Under the pieces are notes generated by a model that worked only from the letters and a program-made list of their open reading frames with translations, was not told where the DNA came from and did no database searches. A DNA stretch of 64,000 bases. Origin: Octopus bimaculoides. Taxonomy: Eukaryota. Below, in pieces: positions 13,581 through 27,250 of this stretch; the stretch's first letter is position 1; each line of letters begins with the position of its first letter. The stretch lies in the NCBI RefSeq assembly GCF_001194135.2, contig NC_068988.1, positions 3,929,245-3,993,244 on the forward strand, given 5' to 3'. The translations under genes and the position numbers were made by a program.

Positions 13581-14001
13581 TCATGTTTGTGTTCACAGTC
13601 TAAAATTGGTGTTTTTAGACAGCACAGTTTTTCGTCTGTAAGCACACACACACACATGCACACAAATAAATTAAACCAGTTTTTAAATTAAAAAAAAAAT
13701 GAAACTTATAAACCATGACAATATAACCTTTTTAAAAAGAAATTGCTTTAATATTTACTATAATTCAATTAATTGTTGATCCAACCAACTGTTACTTTGA
13801 TCAATTGATTTTTCCGTCCACTGTTTTCTATAAATTGAATTACTATCAACCGTCCACATGCCATAATTCATTGAGCCAACAGTTCACTTGATCAAACAAC
13901 TTTAATATTTATTGTTAAAACTGACAGAAATCCAGTATTTATTTTAAGTTTGGCTCCCACAAATTTAAAGACCATCAAAACATAAAAATAATTTTATATA
14001 A

Positions 14002-14059
<58 letters not shown>

Positions 14060-14185
14060 ACAGCTAATATGTGTGTAGACCTACTGTATTTGATACAATA
14101 ATATTAAAATCTGAAAAGCAAATCAAACTAAAAGTTTTCCCACAAGATTCTTTTTATCAGAATGATTTTTGGTAATCCAACCATT

Positions 14186-14440
14186 TCATGTTCTGTGACT
14201 ATTTTCATGCTTTTCATTGACATTTTGAAGAAGAAGTAGACATTTCATCCACAATTTTGCATTGGAAATAATTTTTATTTCTTGAAAGCACCAATTGGTA
14301 ATATTTGTCTCTGTGTCGTAGGTTTTGCTACAATTTGGAGATAACTCTGCTGAAGAGTTAGTATAAATTTTTATCAAAGAGTTCCTACATGGTCCTTCAA
14401 TTACACTAGAAATTGCAACGGATAACCCTTGAATCAAATC
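14186..14440 (-). CDS. Candidate terminal coding exon of an unidentified gene
   Basis: Acceptor ttttcttttaaggtgatag at 14441; phase 0; 84 codons DLIQGLSVAISSVIEGPCRNSLIKIY...HENSHRT then stop; in frame with exon 14574-14662 across a 133-bp GT-AG intron. Confidence 0.45.
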   Translation of the reverse strand, partial: DLIQGLSVAISSVIEGPCRNSLIKIYTNSSAELSPNCSKTYDTETNITNWCFQEIKIISNAKLWMKCLLLLQNVNEKHENSHRT

Positions 14441-14573
14441 CTATCACCTTAAAAGAAAACTATTGTAGTACTTGTTATACCATCAGCATAAAAGATATGA
14501 TATTAAGGGCTAAAGCCCAGTTGCTTTGAAGTCTACTGGATCTGTTCTGCAACAGCAATTAACATGAACTTAC

Positions 14574-14662
14574 CAGTTCCTGCAGGTGGAAGACAGATGA
14601 AGTCCATTGTTCATAAAAACATTGAAACAGAAATTCAAATAGTTCTACGCAAGCCAGAAAGG
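14574..14662 (-). CDS. Candidate internal coding exon
   Basis: Acceptor attcaacag, consensus donor GTAAGT; phase 1 to 0; FLACVELFEFLFQCFYEQWTSSVFHLQEL. Confidence 0.5.
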
Positions 14663-16368
14663 CTGTTGAATGATAATGTTCTCTTCTTGATTATATTTAA
14701 TAATGTTCTCTTCTTGATTATATTTAATAATGTTTCTCAGGTGCAGTTCACTCATAGTATTTTCTGAGTTCTACTTTAGAGAATAAGTCATCAATACTTT
14801 GTTGTTTGTAGGAGTTGTTGACTTTACTCAAGAGATTCACAATTCAATCTGTTAATTAAAACTCATTGTTTTCTATTTTTGTAAAAAAAAAAAAAAAAAC
14901 AGGGCTTTAGCTCTCTACCTTAAGCTCTTTAATTTTTGATGCCCCTTTGAGCTTTCATAATAACTGATTTTCTCTTTTTAGAGTCCAAGCTATGGAAGTA
15001 ATTCATTGTTAGGACAATCTATGAAGGAGATAAACAATAGTTGATTGCAGGAAATTGATCAACCAAACTCACTGTAATTTTAAAATATTTTCTCAACAAA
15101 TGTCTGCTGATATCATCTATCAAGTTTATTCATAGCTTCAAAGACAAATGAGTGGTCAGATCCTGTACCAATCAGGATTTCAATAGATATTTCATATATT
15201 GATTATTGCCATAGTTAGAAGTTGATCTTTACTACAAAGTTTCCTTTATCTCTGAAATCCTTCTTCTTTATTATTTCCCTCCTGTTTCTGATCTATTATT
15301 GTTTAATCTCCTTGTTGTCAGATTCATTTTGAAATACACCCACATTATATTAGTTAATTTCAAAAATAATAAACAATGTAGTAAAATTTCTTTGTCATTA
15401 TTAGGCTGATGTTTAAAACATAAGTCAATATGAAATTTTAATATAGATCGTTTCAGACCAGAAATTTTTTCCAAAGAACTAAGGATGGTCATGAAAGGGT
15501 ATTAAAAGGGTTCAGAGTTTTCTAATCCTTTTACAATTGTCTTTTGTTTTTTTTTTGTTTTGTTTTTTTTTTGCTGACGTCATCATTAGCATATTTTGAC
15601 CCTTTTTCCAAAATTGTACACCCCTTGAATCTCCTGCGTCTCCACATTTTTATTCAAAACACTAAGTTAAAAGAACTCATGCTTTAAAAAAACAGTGCCA
15701 ACTCTACCAAGTTGTCCAAATTCTCAAGTTTAAAAGAATTTAAATATTTACAAGTATTACTGGATTACAGATTAATGGATAAAAAAATATGTCTGCTAAG
15801 AATAATGGGATCTGGGCCCAAAGTCTAAAGAATATATGACAAGATGTCATTTTCCAAGAAATTACAGTTGGTTTGCAATATCTCTCACCATTTCTTGCTA
15901 CAGTCTCTTGTTCCCCATCTCTAAATATCTCCCGTCACACTCTTATGGAACATTTCCCCCCTATTATCTCAGTACTACTTCTATTGCCCATCATGACGCT
16001 GTACAGTGGGCTGGCTGCTTTTTACCCCCCCCCCACCAGTCATAGAAACCAGACCAAAGCAGACATTGAAGCACAATGAACATCCTATCAAACCACTCAT
16101 CCCATGCGAGTCTGGAGCACAGACGTTAGAGGAGGAGGAGGAGGAACAAGAATGGCCAGATGAGAAAGTGCAAACTATGGAGGTCTGGCACATTGCACTT
16201 TAGACATTACATCACTGCCTGCCAGAGTGAGCAGTATGGACCTCAGTTAGAGAATTTGTAAAACTGAGAAGATGGGGGTCAGTGTATCACCTCTGATTTT
16301 TTTCTGACAGGACAAAGGACTAGTCAGGATTGAGCAGGGACCACAACAACCACAATATATTGTATACC

Positions 16369-16420
<52 letters not shown>

Positions 16421-16679
16421 TTACTTTCAGTTGAATTACTTCTTTAGCCAAGAACCAAATTTTCCAGATAATAATTATGTCTGTTATATTGTCAGTAACA
16501 TATCACTATGACAACTGTTAAACAAGTTTCACTAATTACCACAAACAATTGTACAACAAAACCAAAATATTATCAATCTAAAAATAATTCTTCAATATTT
16601 TTGTCTGTATTTCTGCCCTTCTGACTTTGTTTTGATATTTCAGAGACAGTTTAAGGGGTAAAAAATTAGTTGCTTTGTT

Positions 16680-17200
16680 AAGAACGAACAACAAATAATA
16701 GTTTTAATTCTCGATTAATTAATATTTTCTATGTGATACGAGGAAATCTTGAATTTGATTCGATAAATTATGACAACATTTAGTTAAAGCATTTACTAAA
16801 ATATTAATAATAATTATAAATATAAGCATAGAAGATGATTTCAGGAAGTAAAATTGATTGTGTTCAATATATCCAGCCAAGTGATTTCTTTCAAAGAATA
16901 AATGACATCTGAGACAGAGTGGTTTGACAACAACATACCAACTTACTCACATCAGATAAGACCATGCTATTACAACCAGCATTTACCAAAATAATATTTT
17001 CTCATCAATCAAAATTATAGATTCATAAAAATAATAATAAACAATTAAAACGTCGATAAAGATGGACGTATTACACATTTCAGTAGAATCTCTCTCTTAC
17101 TCGATTATCTGTCTGTTTATAGCCAGAGCAATTAATTTCGCAATGTTTACATTTAATTATTTAAATGTAAATGCCCGAAAACTTGATAATGTAATCATGT
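16680..17200. promoter_or_regulatory. CpG-retaining patch, possible promoter / first exon
   Basis: About ten CpGs in ~500 bp of unique AT-rich DNA, minus-strand donor GTAAGA at 17095-17100, perfect 11-bp inverted repeat at 17146-17171. Confidence 0.3.
16947..16966 (-). CDS. Speculative 20-nt start-codon microexon
   Basis: tag|C ATG GTC TTA TCT GAT GTG A|gtaagt; phase-1 end matches exon 14574-14662. Confidence 0.2.
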
Positions 17201-17369
17201 TTTGATAGATTGCTGCAAGATTAAACATTTTAAAGTTTTATCTTTTAATAATCAGGAGGGAAAGATTTGCTGAAAGGTCTGTACTTCAGTCTAAACTAAA
17301 TGTGATCTTAAAGCATAAGGTAAGCTGGGGGATGGAAGTGTATGCAGCTGTACTGAAGTGCATGTGTGT

Positions 17370-17560
17370 GTGTGTGTATGTGTGTGTGAATTTGTGAGTG
17401 TGTACATATGTACTTATTTGTGCATATGTGTATGTGTGTGTGAATTTGTGAGTGTGTACATATGTACTTATTTGTGAATATGTGTGTGTATGTGTGTGCG
17501 TGTGAATTTGTGAGTGTGTACATATGTATCTATTTGTGTATATGTGTGTGTGTGTATGCA
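17370..17560. repeat. ~55-60 bp TG-rich tandem repeat, about 3 copies
   Basis: TGTGAATTTGTGAGTGTGTACATATGTA recurs three times. Confidence 0.8.
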
Positions 17561-17578
17561 TGTACGTGATTGTTCATA

Positions 17579-17616
<38 letters not shown>

Positions 17617-18679
17617 AAGCTTAGCTGCTTCTGTTCCATAATATTTAGAAAACTATTGAGTGTGATGTGGGTTTTGGGTAGCATTGATTCCAGACTTTGA
17701 AATGATTGGCTCAAGCTAAATGATTATGTTTCAGTGTTCTCCACAAACAGTTCTGTGCTGTTCAGATAAGTTAATTGTCTATAACTACATCACAAACACA
17801 ACTAAGTTATCTTATCTCATCACCAATTTAGTTAGCTTCAGCCAGACTCACACACTAGTCATCTGACAACTTATTTACTTCTATAATTCCCTCAATTGAG
17901 TTAAGATGAAGCAACAGCAATAATGATGATGATGATGATGATACAATAGTTCACTTACCCTCATCACGTTAGACTTGCACACAAGTAATTTATTTTCCAA
18001 TAAATAACATACTGTAGTAGTTGTGATCTTAATAAAACAACGCTCACCCATGTACAATGTTCCTTTACCAAGATTAGGTTTGATGCTTCGTCAAGTTTGT
18101 CTATTCCTATAAATTATTCAAACTATTTTTTTATGACTGGCTCTTATATTTTTTACTATTTAATTCACCACTTCAAGAAGAGATATTTATTTGCTATTTT
18201 GGCAGCGGTTCTCTCTTTTCTAATCGCTGCAGTCTCTGACTCCATATTGTTTATCTGGCCACAGACAAACTTTAATTATTACTACTTTATAACAAGTAAA
18301 ATGGTGGAATATTTATGAATATATTTGATAATTTAATTGTTTTTTAACAAAATTTTCTTCACTCCGGCATCATAAAACATTCATAGAAAGTGTATTTTTG
18401 TTTCTTGACAGAATCAAAATGAAATCCCTTTTATTTTGATATATTTAGAAATCCCATCAATCATAAATAAGGACCCTGTATTTTTTATTAATGATTTATA
18501 AAAGTTATTTTCTGTTTTATATCTTTTAATCATATTTATAATTATCTGAAAACTATTAAGCGATTTGTTGAGATTATATTTATTCAAACAGATTTGTTGG
18601 CCACCATAAAAATTACATTTGAAAAGACTTATGGATAGGGCTGGCTCCGTAAATGACAAGTTCCCTTCCAAATCTAGTA

Positions 18680-18780
18680 CTTTTGGGTTCAGTCTCACTG
18701 CATGACACCTTGGACAAATGGCTACTACTATAGCCATGGGCTGAGTAAAGCCCTGTGAGTGTATTTGGTACACTTACACA
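18680..18780 (+). mobile_element. Partial family B SINE
   Basis: GGGTTCAGTCTCACTGCATGACACCTTGGACAAATG...AAAGCCCTGTGAGTGTATTTGGTA. Confidence 0.6.
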
Positions 18781-18789
18781 TATATAGAA

Positions 18790-20480
18790 ATGTTATGGTG
18801 ACCATGGATGTGTATCGCTGAACTCTCCAGCAATGTCTTGAAGATACATGTGCATTTCTCTGTAATGTTATCAGTGATAATGAGATGTCCATACAGTCTT
18901 TCTTTGGTCAGATGCTTTGCCAAAGAGATATTCAGAACCACCTTATAATGTGCTAGTATAAGCACCCTCATGCCTTGCCAATATTTGGTGAGTGTCCAAG
19001 AAATAGATCTGTAAAATAGTTCTGATTTGAAAGTGGGATGAAAGAGGTCACTTTTTAAGCCCATAGTATAACAATGACTTCCAGAAGAGACTGGGGCTAT
19101 CCAAAGAGAGTGCCTGCATTTACGAGATGATGTCTTTTTATTCCCTTTCTGTGACTGAGATATTGTTTCAAGTATATACAATGATGTTTGCTGATTTTAA
19201 AGGATTTTGCTTGATTGTGCTTTTTGACATTGTTAAATGATTGCAGATTTATTTAACGTTTGCGGTGTTGTTATAAAGGTGAATATCTTCTGTCTCTTGT
19301 TTAAAGTTGTGTTAACAGATGATAGCTTCAGAAATGGTGTCTGCCACAACAGTGCCATCATAAGTAGATTTGAATCTATTGTCGTTGTGGATCAGTGATG
19401 AAAGTAGACGGAAGGATGTAGTCTAGACAGATAATAACTAGGAAGAAGCCTGTTCTGCTCCTGAAGAAAGCGAATTCTCTGTTATTTCTATCAGGTGATC
19501 ATATGTTAACTCATCCTTTTTCAGGGTACCGTGATTGCTCCTTCTGCTTTGATAATTCAGTAGTTAAGAATAATTTTCTCCATTTTGCCTCACTTGATCT
19601 ACAAATTCTTCAGATTTTTAAACAGTAACTCTATTTGCAGATGTGTAACCCTGGTTTCCACGGTAATTTTTCTGGTTGTTAAAAATCTTTTAAATAGTAG
19701 ACTGATTTTTTTTTTCTTCCTGAGTTAATTTTGGTTTTTGCATAAAACCTTCTTCACGTCTGGATGAATATTATTTACCAATAATTTAGAACATATTTTT
19801 GCTGCAAAGTCCTTCTGTGAGTTTTGGTCATAGTTGAATTACTTTTATTGGAGAATGGGAAAAAACACCCTTCATTTCTTTGTAGGTCTTCATTGTTGAT
19901 TGTATTACAAATTTGAAGATGAATTTCATTGACTGCTGCTGTCTTTCAAAATTCTACTGTTATATTATCAGGGCCAGCTGCGTTTTTGTTTTTGTTTTTT
20001 GGTGGGGAGTCCTTTTCAGTATATCAGTCAGTTTATCTAATATGAAAACACAATGGCTGATGACAACTTCATATTTACTATCAGTTTCTATGAGTCTATG
20101 AGAAATTACGAGGGAATTACTAAGAATGTGTTATTGTTCCTGAAGACTTGTGGCATTTAGTTTCAACTTATTCATACTTTTCTTACCAATAAAATTATTG
20201 GCAGTTTATCATGCCAAAGATGGTCATTTGTGCTGCATGCACAATCAAACTTGTTTGGCTGTCAGTATATTTTTATTGTTCAATTCACAAGGGTAGGATC
20301 TTACTGATCTCTTTTGAATTTCATGACATTTGTTCCACAAGTCTAGTTGACTTTAGATTGGTGGCACTCAACAGCTGATCATGTTTCTTGAAAATTGCTT
20401 TAGAACACCTTGGGACCTTTATACTTGGTTTTCGTCCTGATTGAAAGAGCCTTGTTACCTATCATCTTGTGGATGACATG
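18790..20480 (-). mobile_element. Highly decayed RTE-like LINE reverse transcriptase
   Basis: Motifs KNAAGPDNITVEF (~19970), GCFFPFSNK, NNIHPDVKKVLCKNQN, SPDR and LVIICLDYILP (~19430) in RT order; core 19.2-20.0 kb; outer limits approximate. Confidence 0.7.
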
Positions 20481-22889
20481 ACACGAAATTGTTTTATGTT
20501 GCAGATGGGGAATTGGCTTCAGTTTCTGCTGCCAATACGATGGACCTTTTTCCAACTGAGATAATGTATTGATGAAAACTTTCTTGTGACAAGAAGTGAA
20601 AACTAGTCATATGGAAAACATTTTATTCTAAACAACTAGCATTCATTGAAAATAATTCCCAACATCATTATTTGTTATTGCTGGTTTTTAAGTAAAGAAT
20701 CCTAGTTGTGAAATATTCTTTTATATGATTTCATACAAATAACAACAGAAATTTGAGTTAATTCTATCTTCAGTAGTCTGGAAAATATTAGTGAAAGAAG
20801 AATTGAAATTTAAAGTAAGTAAAAATGAGTCTATAAATAGATAATTCCTGAGAGACATCAAGGAAAAAGGAGCACAAAGGTCAGCAAATTAAGAGACAAT
20901 AATTAATTTTAGCCTAGTTTGGTATTTTATGTGTTATTTATTAAAGAATTGTCCAAGTTGTTCTATTATGAGAAGTGGTGACAATTTTAAAACAAATTTA
21001 TTTTATAAATGTTCATAAATATAAGAAGGAAGGACGTTAGACAATGAGGTATAACACACACACACACACATGTGGTGGGGTGCGTAAAGTCATATTTAAC
21101 ATGTGTGAGCACACTTGGATGTGGGAAGACCTACCACTGCAGAAAGAGTCCCAAGAGAAAATCTCCAAGACAACATGTGAAGACACATTGGGCTGCAAAT
21201 GGTGTTATCAATTGTAAGATGTGTGTGTTCCTGCATTCTTTCACATTGTCAACTATGTACAGCAAATCTGTCATTCACAGCCTGGTAAGAATGAATTTGT
21301 TTGGTACATATGATGATGTGTATAAAACTTTGCCAAGCTTAAATGAAATAAAGTCACACGAAGCAGCATTGAATAAAATATTTTTGTGTAAAGTCATATT
21401 TAACTTTTCATGGATAAATTTTAATCAACATTGCTTCATGAGACTTTATTTATACATACATCATCATCACTGTTGTTGTTTTAACATCCATTTTTCCTTG
21501 CTTGCATGGGTTGGATTCAGATTATTCAAATGACTACTAATGCCAGTCAGAACAGTTAAATGTTGAATCTATTTAAATTCAGGAACATGTTCTTACTTTC
21601 ATTTCAATGAAAATTTTTATTTAATCAACAAACATTGCTGCATGAGAGGGCAGTCCATGTGAAGCTCCAATTTTCCTGAAAGAGGTACTAAATTTTTGGT
21701 GATTTGATTTACATACACACATAAAATTAATTGTTTTTATCATAATATATCAATATTATGTTCCAGTTTCATAACTGTGCAGCATTACAAATTGTAGAGA
21801 TTTCCATCTGAACACTGCCACTAAGTAAATGTCTACTATTTATGGAGTTCCATCTGTTCATACCTGTTTATTGTTAATTTATTTAAAGGACAATCAAAAA
21901 CTGAATTATATCATTCTCTGTTGTTTGGTCTTTAAGTGCAAATTCCACAATTCTTCAGTGATGTATATATTTTCATTACATCTTGGATTAAGTTGTGCCA
22001 CAAGAGTGATGTTGATGCTTTAATCAATGGCAATGGAAGATGCAAGAAAACAATGGACTTTATGCTTAAATCCCAAGTCTAAGTTTTCAGAGTTATTCAT
22101 AATATAGTCAGTCAAAGACAATAACATATTTGAAAATAATTGTTGTCTTTTTTAAAGCAATCTATCTCTGACATGATACCTTAGTCATGCATTTTTTCAA
22201 ACAAATTCTTTAGAAAACAGTTTTGCTTTGACAAATTGGCTATTTCTTTTGCAATTACATTGCAAGCAGTCTCTGCATTAGTACCACTCTGTTTTTCTGA
22301 TTCTCTAACTAAATGCAGACTTGATCAACATTTTCTTTGTAAATCTCACCACTATGATCTTTAAATTTATCTTCCTCATGCTTGTTATAATGTTGTTGGG
22401 CTTTTTAGCAACAGAAATTTATTTACAGGATGGCTTACCTTCCAATTCAACAAAAAAAAAACAAACCTTCCATCTTTTTCTTTTTGCACTGTTCTATATT
22501 GAACCTCAACTTTCCTTTGACATAATGGAATGTGGTTGACATAAAAATTTTAGACAAAGTGATTCGTAAAACTAAAATTACCTTCAGTGAAAGCAATACA
22601 CCATTACTGCAAAATGTTGCTTACATTTTTGAGTTGTGCATTTCAACTGCACTTTTGTTAAAACAGTAACTGGGCTTTATCTATTTCTTCTTTGAAATTA
22701 TTCGTTGATTTTCCAGAAATACTAGGTTAGTTGTATTATTACATTTTTTTTTTTTTTTTGTCAGAGGTCCTTTTCAGCAGAATGTACTTTTTAAGCTGCA
22801 GATCATAATTTAGTGTCTTGCAAACAATTCGCACATGCAAGTGCTACCAGTCGAGAACTTTGCATACCAGAAGCCAGCAAGTGTATGGG

Positions 22890-23043
22890 GTCATCAGGAG
22901 AGAATGCGCGCCGTTTCAGGGCCTACCTCTCGACGGCATCAATTTGCACCGGCCCCCCTCACTGATAATACCAGAATCACTAATATAGGTGATTGCAGGC
23001 CCCAAAAACACATTGAATAGCTGAAGGATTAAAATTTTTACAC
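22890..23043 (+). repeat. Interspersed repeat segment sharing ~70 bp with the spacer of the 368-613 foldback
   Basis: TAATATAGGTGATTG(C/G)AGGCCCC...GCTGAAGGA is present at both ~473-525 and ~22981-23030. Confidence 0.55.
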
Positions 23044-23299
23044 NNNNNNNNNNNNNNNNNNNNNNNNNNNNNNNNNNNNNNNNNNNNNNNNNNNNNNNNN
23101 NNNNNNNNNNNNNNNNNNNNNNNNNNNNNNNNNNNNNNNNNNNNNNNNNNNNNNNNNNNNNNNNNNNNNNNNNNNNNNNNNNNNNNNNNNNNNNNNNNNN
23201 NNNNNNNNNNNNNNNNNNNNNNNNNNNNNNNNNNNNNNNNNNNNNNNNNNNNNNNNNNNNNNNNNNNNNNNNNNNNNNNNNNNNNNNNNNNNNNNNNNN

Positions 23300-23834
23300 A
23301 TATATGTATATATATGCATAAAAAGATGCATTGAGGTACTGGAAACTGTTATGAAGCCCTGTATTGATGAAGTAAGCAATGGAAAGCCATATGTGTTTCA
23401 ACAAGACTCAGCACCTTCTCACAAAGCCCTAGTCACCCAAGAATGGTTGTCAGACAATCTTTACAATTATGTAACACCCAATATGTGGCCTCCAAACTAA
23501 CCAGGTTTGAACCCCATGGACGACTACGTGTGGAGCACTGTTGAAAGGGAGACTAATCATCATCCTCATAATGCCATAGCTTCACTGAAGGCTGCCATTG
23601 TCCAGGTGATGATTGAAATGAATAAGGACCATATAGTGTCAGCATGTTAGCGGTTTCGGTCCCGCATTAACGCGGTCATCAAAGGCGAAGGCGATTTCAT
23701 AGAATAGTTTGATTAAAAGATCATTATGAAGACTAATTTCACAAATGTTTATTAAAATACTAATTTATTTATGCTGAAATATATTTGTTTTATTGTATAC
23801 AAAATCTGTCCTCAAATACTCCTCACACCCTGTA
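23300..23834 (+). mobile_element. DD37D (maT-type) Tc1/mariner transposon, 3' half with terminal inverted repeat
   Basis: YVFQQDSAPSHKA...WPPN*PGLNPMDDYVW (37 residues between the aspartates), ends ...GEGDFIE*; terminus ...CACCCTG followed by TA. Confidence 0.9.
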
Positions 23835-24984
23835 GCTTTAATTATTCTGTATTGGTGAACCCTCTTTATATTTTACCCATATATATAATAATTTGAAACT
23901 AACCACTTCCAAATCTCACCATGTTTCTCCAGTTCATGAAATATTTATTAACAGTGTGTTTAAACAGCTGTTTTTTGCTGCTATTATTGAGCCGCCAACA
24001 TCTCTATGGCAAACACTAGTGAGACTAGTTGTAAGAAACAGTTGCAAACAGCTTTGTTGTTACTTCTCCACAAATGAGAAATCATTACAGTTTTCAAGTT
24101 GCCTCTCCAATTCCCAATATTGAAAATCTCATGTATTCTATTTCCTACATTCCTACATTCTATAGCAAAATGAATCTGAAAGCAGTATGTCATCAACTGC
24201 TATACTATATCATGCTGATGAATGATACACTCTGCATTTCAAGCTGGTTAATGCTTATTCCAATGTACAAAGTTATCTTTTGCTGTGACTAATACTACAA
24301 GCACTTTTCAATGAATGACAGATGTCATAATTGGTACTAATGATATCGAGTGAACATAGCTTTCTCAATGTTATTGATGTTGGCAAACCTGTTAAGGAGT
24401 GTAATCAGAGAGACTGGTCAAATTTATTTCTAAAAGACCTCAATATTACACTGAAGAATGACAAATGTCTTCTCCACCAAATTTCCATTTATTTCCAGGG
24501 GTAGAAAATAGAAGAAAAAAAGAACAACTCAGTTCTCTATAATCTGACCTGGAAATAATTGAAATCCCTTCATTGATTACCTGAAATGTTAAACAATGAG
24601 CTCTAAGTTTGTTTAGTTACTCCTCTAAAAACACTGAACTCTAATCAGCAAGCTGTGTCTGTTTTAAACTAATTCCTCAAGAAGTACTGGTCACTTGCCA
24701 TTGTGGTTAAATACCATCTCTTTGTCCACACACATACTAATCACTTCCATCAATTTTTCCTCTATGTCAATGCATCTTACTGGAAATTCCCTCCACGTTC
24801 ATATTCTTCCAGCAAGTATCAACCTGAAGAGATGTGAAAGAGTTTTGAGCATTTCCTCACATCTTTGATTAAATAATACAAAAACAAGAATATCTGTAAA
24901 GGAAATCAGTCATCAGAAAGGATGATGGTAGAAAGCTACAGTGTAGAACACAGCAACAGGGAGAAAGGAAGGTGATAAAAAATA

Positions 24985-25020
<36 letters not shown>

Positions 25021-25822
25021 CAGATAGGTATACCAACAAGAGAGCATGCAGTACATGTGATGGAGTTTAGATACTAACAGCTTGACTCAGAATTACATTA
25101 CTTAATATTTCAGGGAGACAAAACCAACTTCTGATCATTGAGATACTTTAGACTGATTGATGAGTTAGCCACAGCTTCTAAATATCATTATTTGTCATTG
25201 TATATGAGGCGAAACTCTTTGTCATTGGTCAGTTTGGATAACATGGCAGAGTGGGATGTTAATCTTTCCATTAGATCCAAATACAACAGTCCAAGTAGAA
25301 TCAACAAATATGTTGTTTATTTAAGTTGTGACGCAACTCATAATTATTCATCAATGATAGATTGACAGAGCAATGGACGATTCCTTGCACTTTATATTCT
25401 TGTTTATAAACTAAATATAATATTTTAAATGAAAGTACCAATTAAGCATTTTCCATTCTCTGTCAACTAGTTTTACCATCCAATTACAATGGAATAAGTT
25501 AATTGCTCATCACAGTCAACACATTCGCAGTTTTACATTCACAGGACTGACATCACAAGTAGTTTTCTAACTATAAACTACATAATCATTTGTGCTAACA
25601 AAGAAAAATTAATTAACTTACTTTGACAGATGGTGAATCATCATGTCCAAGGGGATTATCAAACCATTAACACATCGTTTTTAGTGATATAAATTCATGT
25701 TCTTTTTTAAATAGTTATTAGATTTTCTCTTCTGGAAGTTGGTTATAAAGTGACACTCATGGATAACAAATAATGTTCTATGCATTTATACAAACACACA
25801 CATATATATGTGAGTGTGTATG

Positions 25823-25882
<60 letters not shown>

Positions 25883-26566
25883 NNNNNNNNNNNNNNNNNN
25901 NNNNNNNNNNNNNNNNNNNNNNNNNNNNNNNNNNNNNNNNNNNNNNNNNNNNNNNNNNNNNNNNNNNNNNNNNNNNNNNNNNNNNNNNNNNNNNNNNNNN
26001 NNNNNNNNNNNNNNNNNNNNNNNNNNNNNNNNNNNNNNNNNNNNNNNNNNNNNNNNNNNNNNNNNNNNNNNNNNNNNNNNNNNNNNNNNNNNNNNNNNNN
26101 NNNNNNNNNNNNNNNNNNNNNNNNNNNNNNNNNNNNNNNNNNNNNNNNNNNNNNNNNNNNNNNNNNNNNNNNNNNNNNNNNNNNNNNNNNNNNNNNNNNN
26201 NNNNNNNNNNNNNNNNNNNNNNNNNNNNNNNNNNNNNNNNNNNNNNNNNNNNNNNNNNNNNNNNNNNNNNNNNNNNNNNNNNNNNNNNNNNNNNNNNNNN
26301 NNNNNNNNNNNNNNNNNNNNNNNNNNNNNNNNNNNNNNNNNNNNNNNNNNNNNNNNNNNNNNNNNNNNNNNNNNNNNNNNNNNNNNNNNNNNNNNNNNNN
26401 NNNNNNNNNNNNNNNNNNNNNNNNNNNNNNNNNNNNNNNNNNNNNNNNNNNNNNNNNNNNNNNNNNNNNNNNNNNNNNNNNNNNNNNNNNNNNNNNNNNN
26501 NNNNNNNNNNNNNNNNNNNNNNNNNNNNNNNNCATATATACATATATATATGTATGTATATATGCG

Positions 26567-26618
<52 letters not shown>

Positions 26619-27129
26619 TGTGTATATATATATATATATATATGTATTAGCATTTTTCAACACTGATTTACTGCAACATAAGTCTCTTCAGGCAAGTCCA
26701 TACAACATGACTGCGTTAGACTTAGTTTTGCTCTGCCTTAAATTGTTTTGTTTTGTGATGCCAACAGCCTCGTGTCTAATGAACATTGTACAGTAAATAC
26801 TTGTTTGCAGAGCATTGATTAATCAACAGGAAATAGATATTGTGATATTGATTTTATAATTATGATCTTAACACCACATTACTAAACTATAAACAAAACA
26901 GAGATAGGAAGAGGTGGAGGGAAGGAGGAAATTACATAACAGGCAATAGGTAAATGCCTTTTGTACTTGACAAATTTGATATATCTCTTCAAATGTTCTA
27001 ATGTGAGTCTCTGAAAGAGAATTCTGGGTGTTAAACTGACCAACAGAGACTAAGAGATGGTCTGGCAAAATGAAATATTGGACAAGTCTTTGAATTACTG
27101 TTCTGGATATTGGGATATTAATAAAATCA

Positions 27130-27250
27130 GATGTATAAGTGCAGAATATCAGTGTACAATATAAGTGTACAATATAGTATAAGTGTACAATCAGTGTATA
27201 ATATAAGTGCAGAATATCAGTGCACCCATATAAGGTCATATAAGTGCACT
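27130..27250. repeat. Degenerate short tandem repeat (TATAAGTG / ATCAGTG units)
   Basis: Repeated ATAAGTGCAGAATATCAGTG and AAGTGTACAAT units. Confidence 0.8.

Noticed and set aside
15070-15500. Minus-strand donor GTGAGT at ~15070 with upstream ORF fragments
   Set aside because: Phase does not fit exon 14574-14662; a GSDH motif suggests a decayed LINE endonuclease, too weak to annotate.
21072-21533. 153-aa plus-strand ORF, the longest gap-free ORF
   Set aside because: Starts in a (CA)n-adjacent repeat-like segment and ends in an RTE-tail remnant; no recognisable domain or coherent splice structure.
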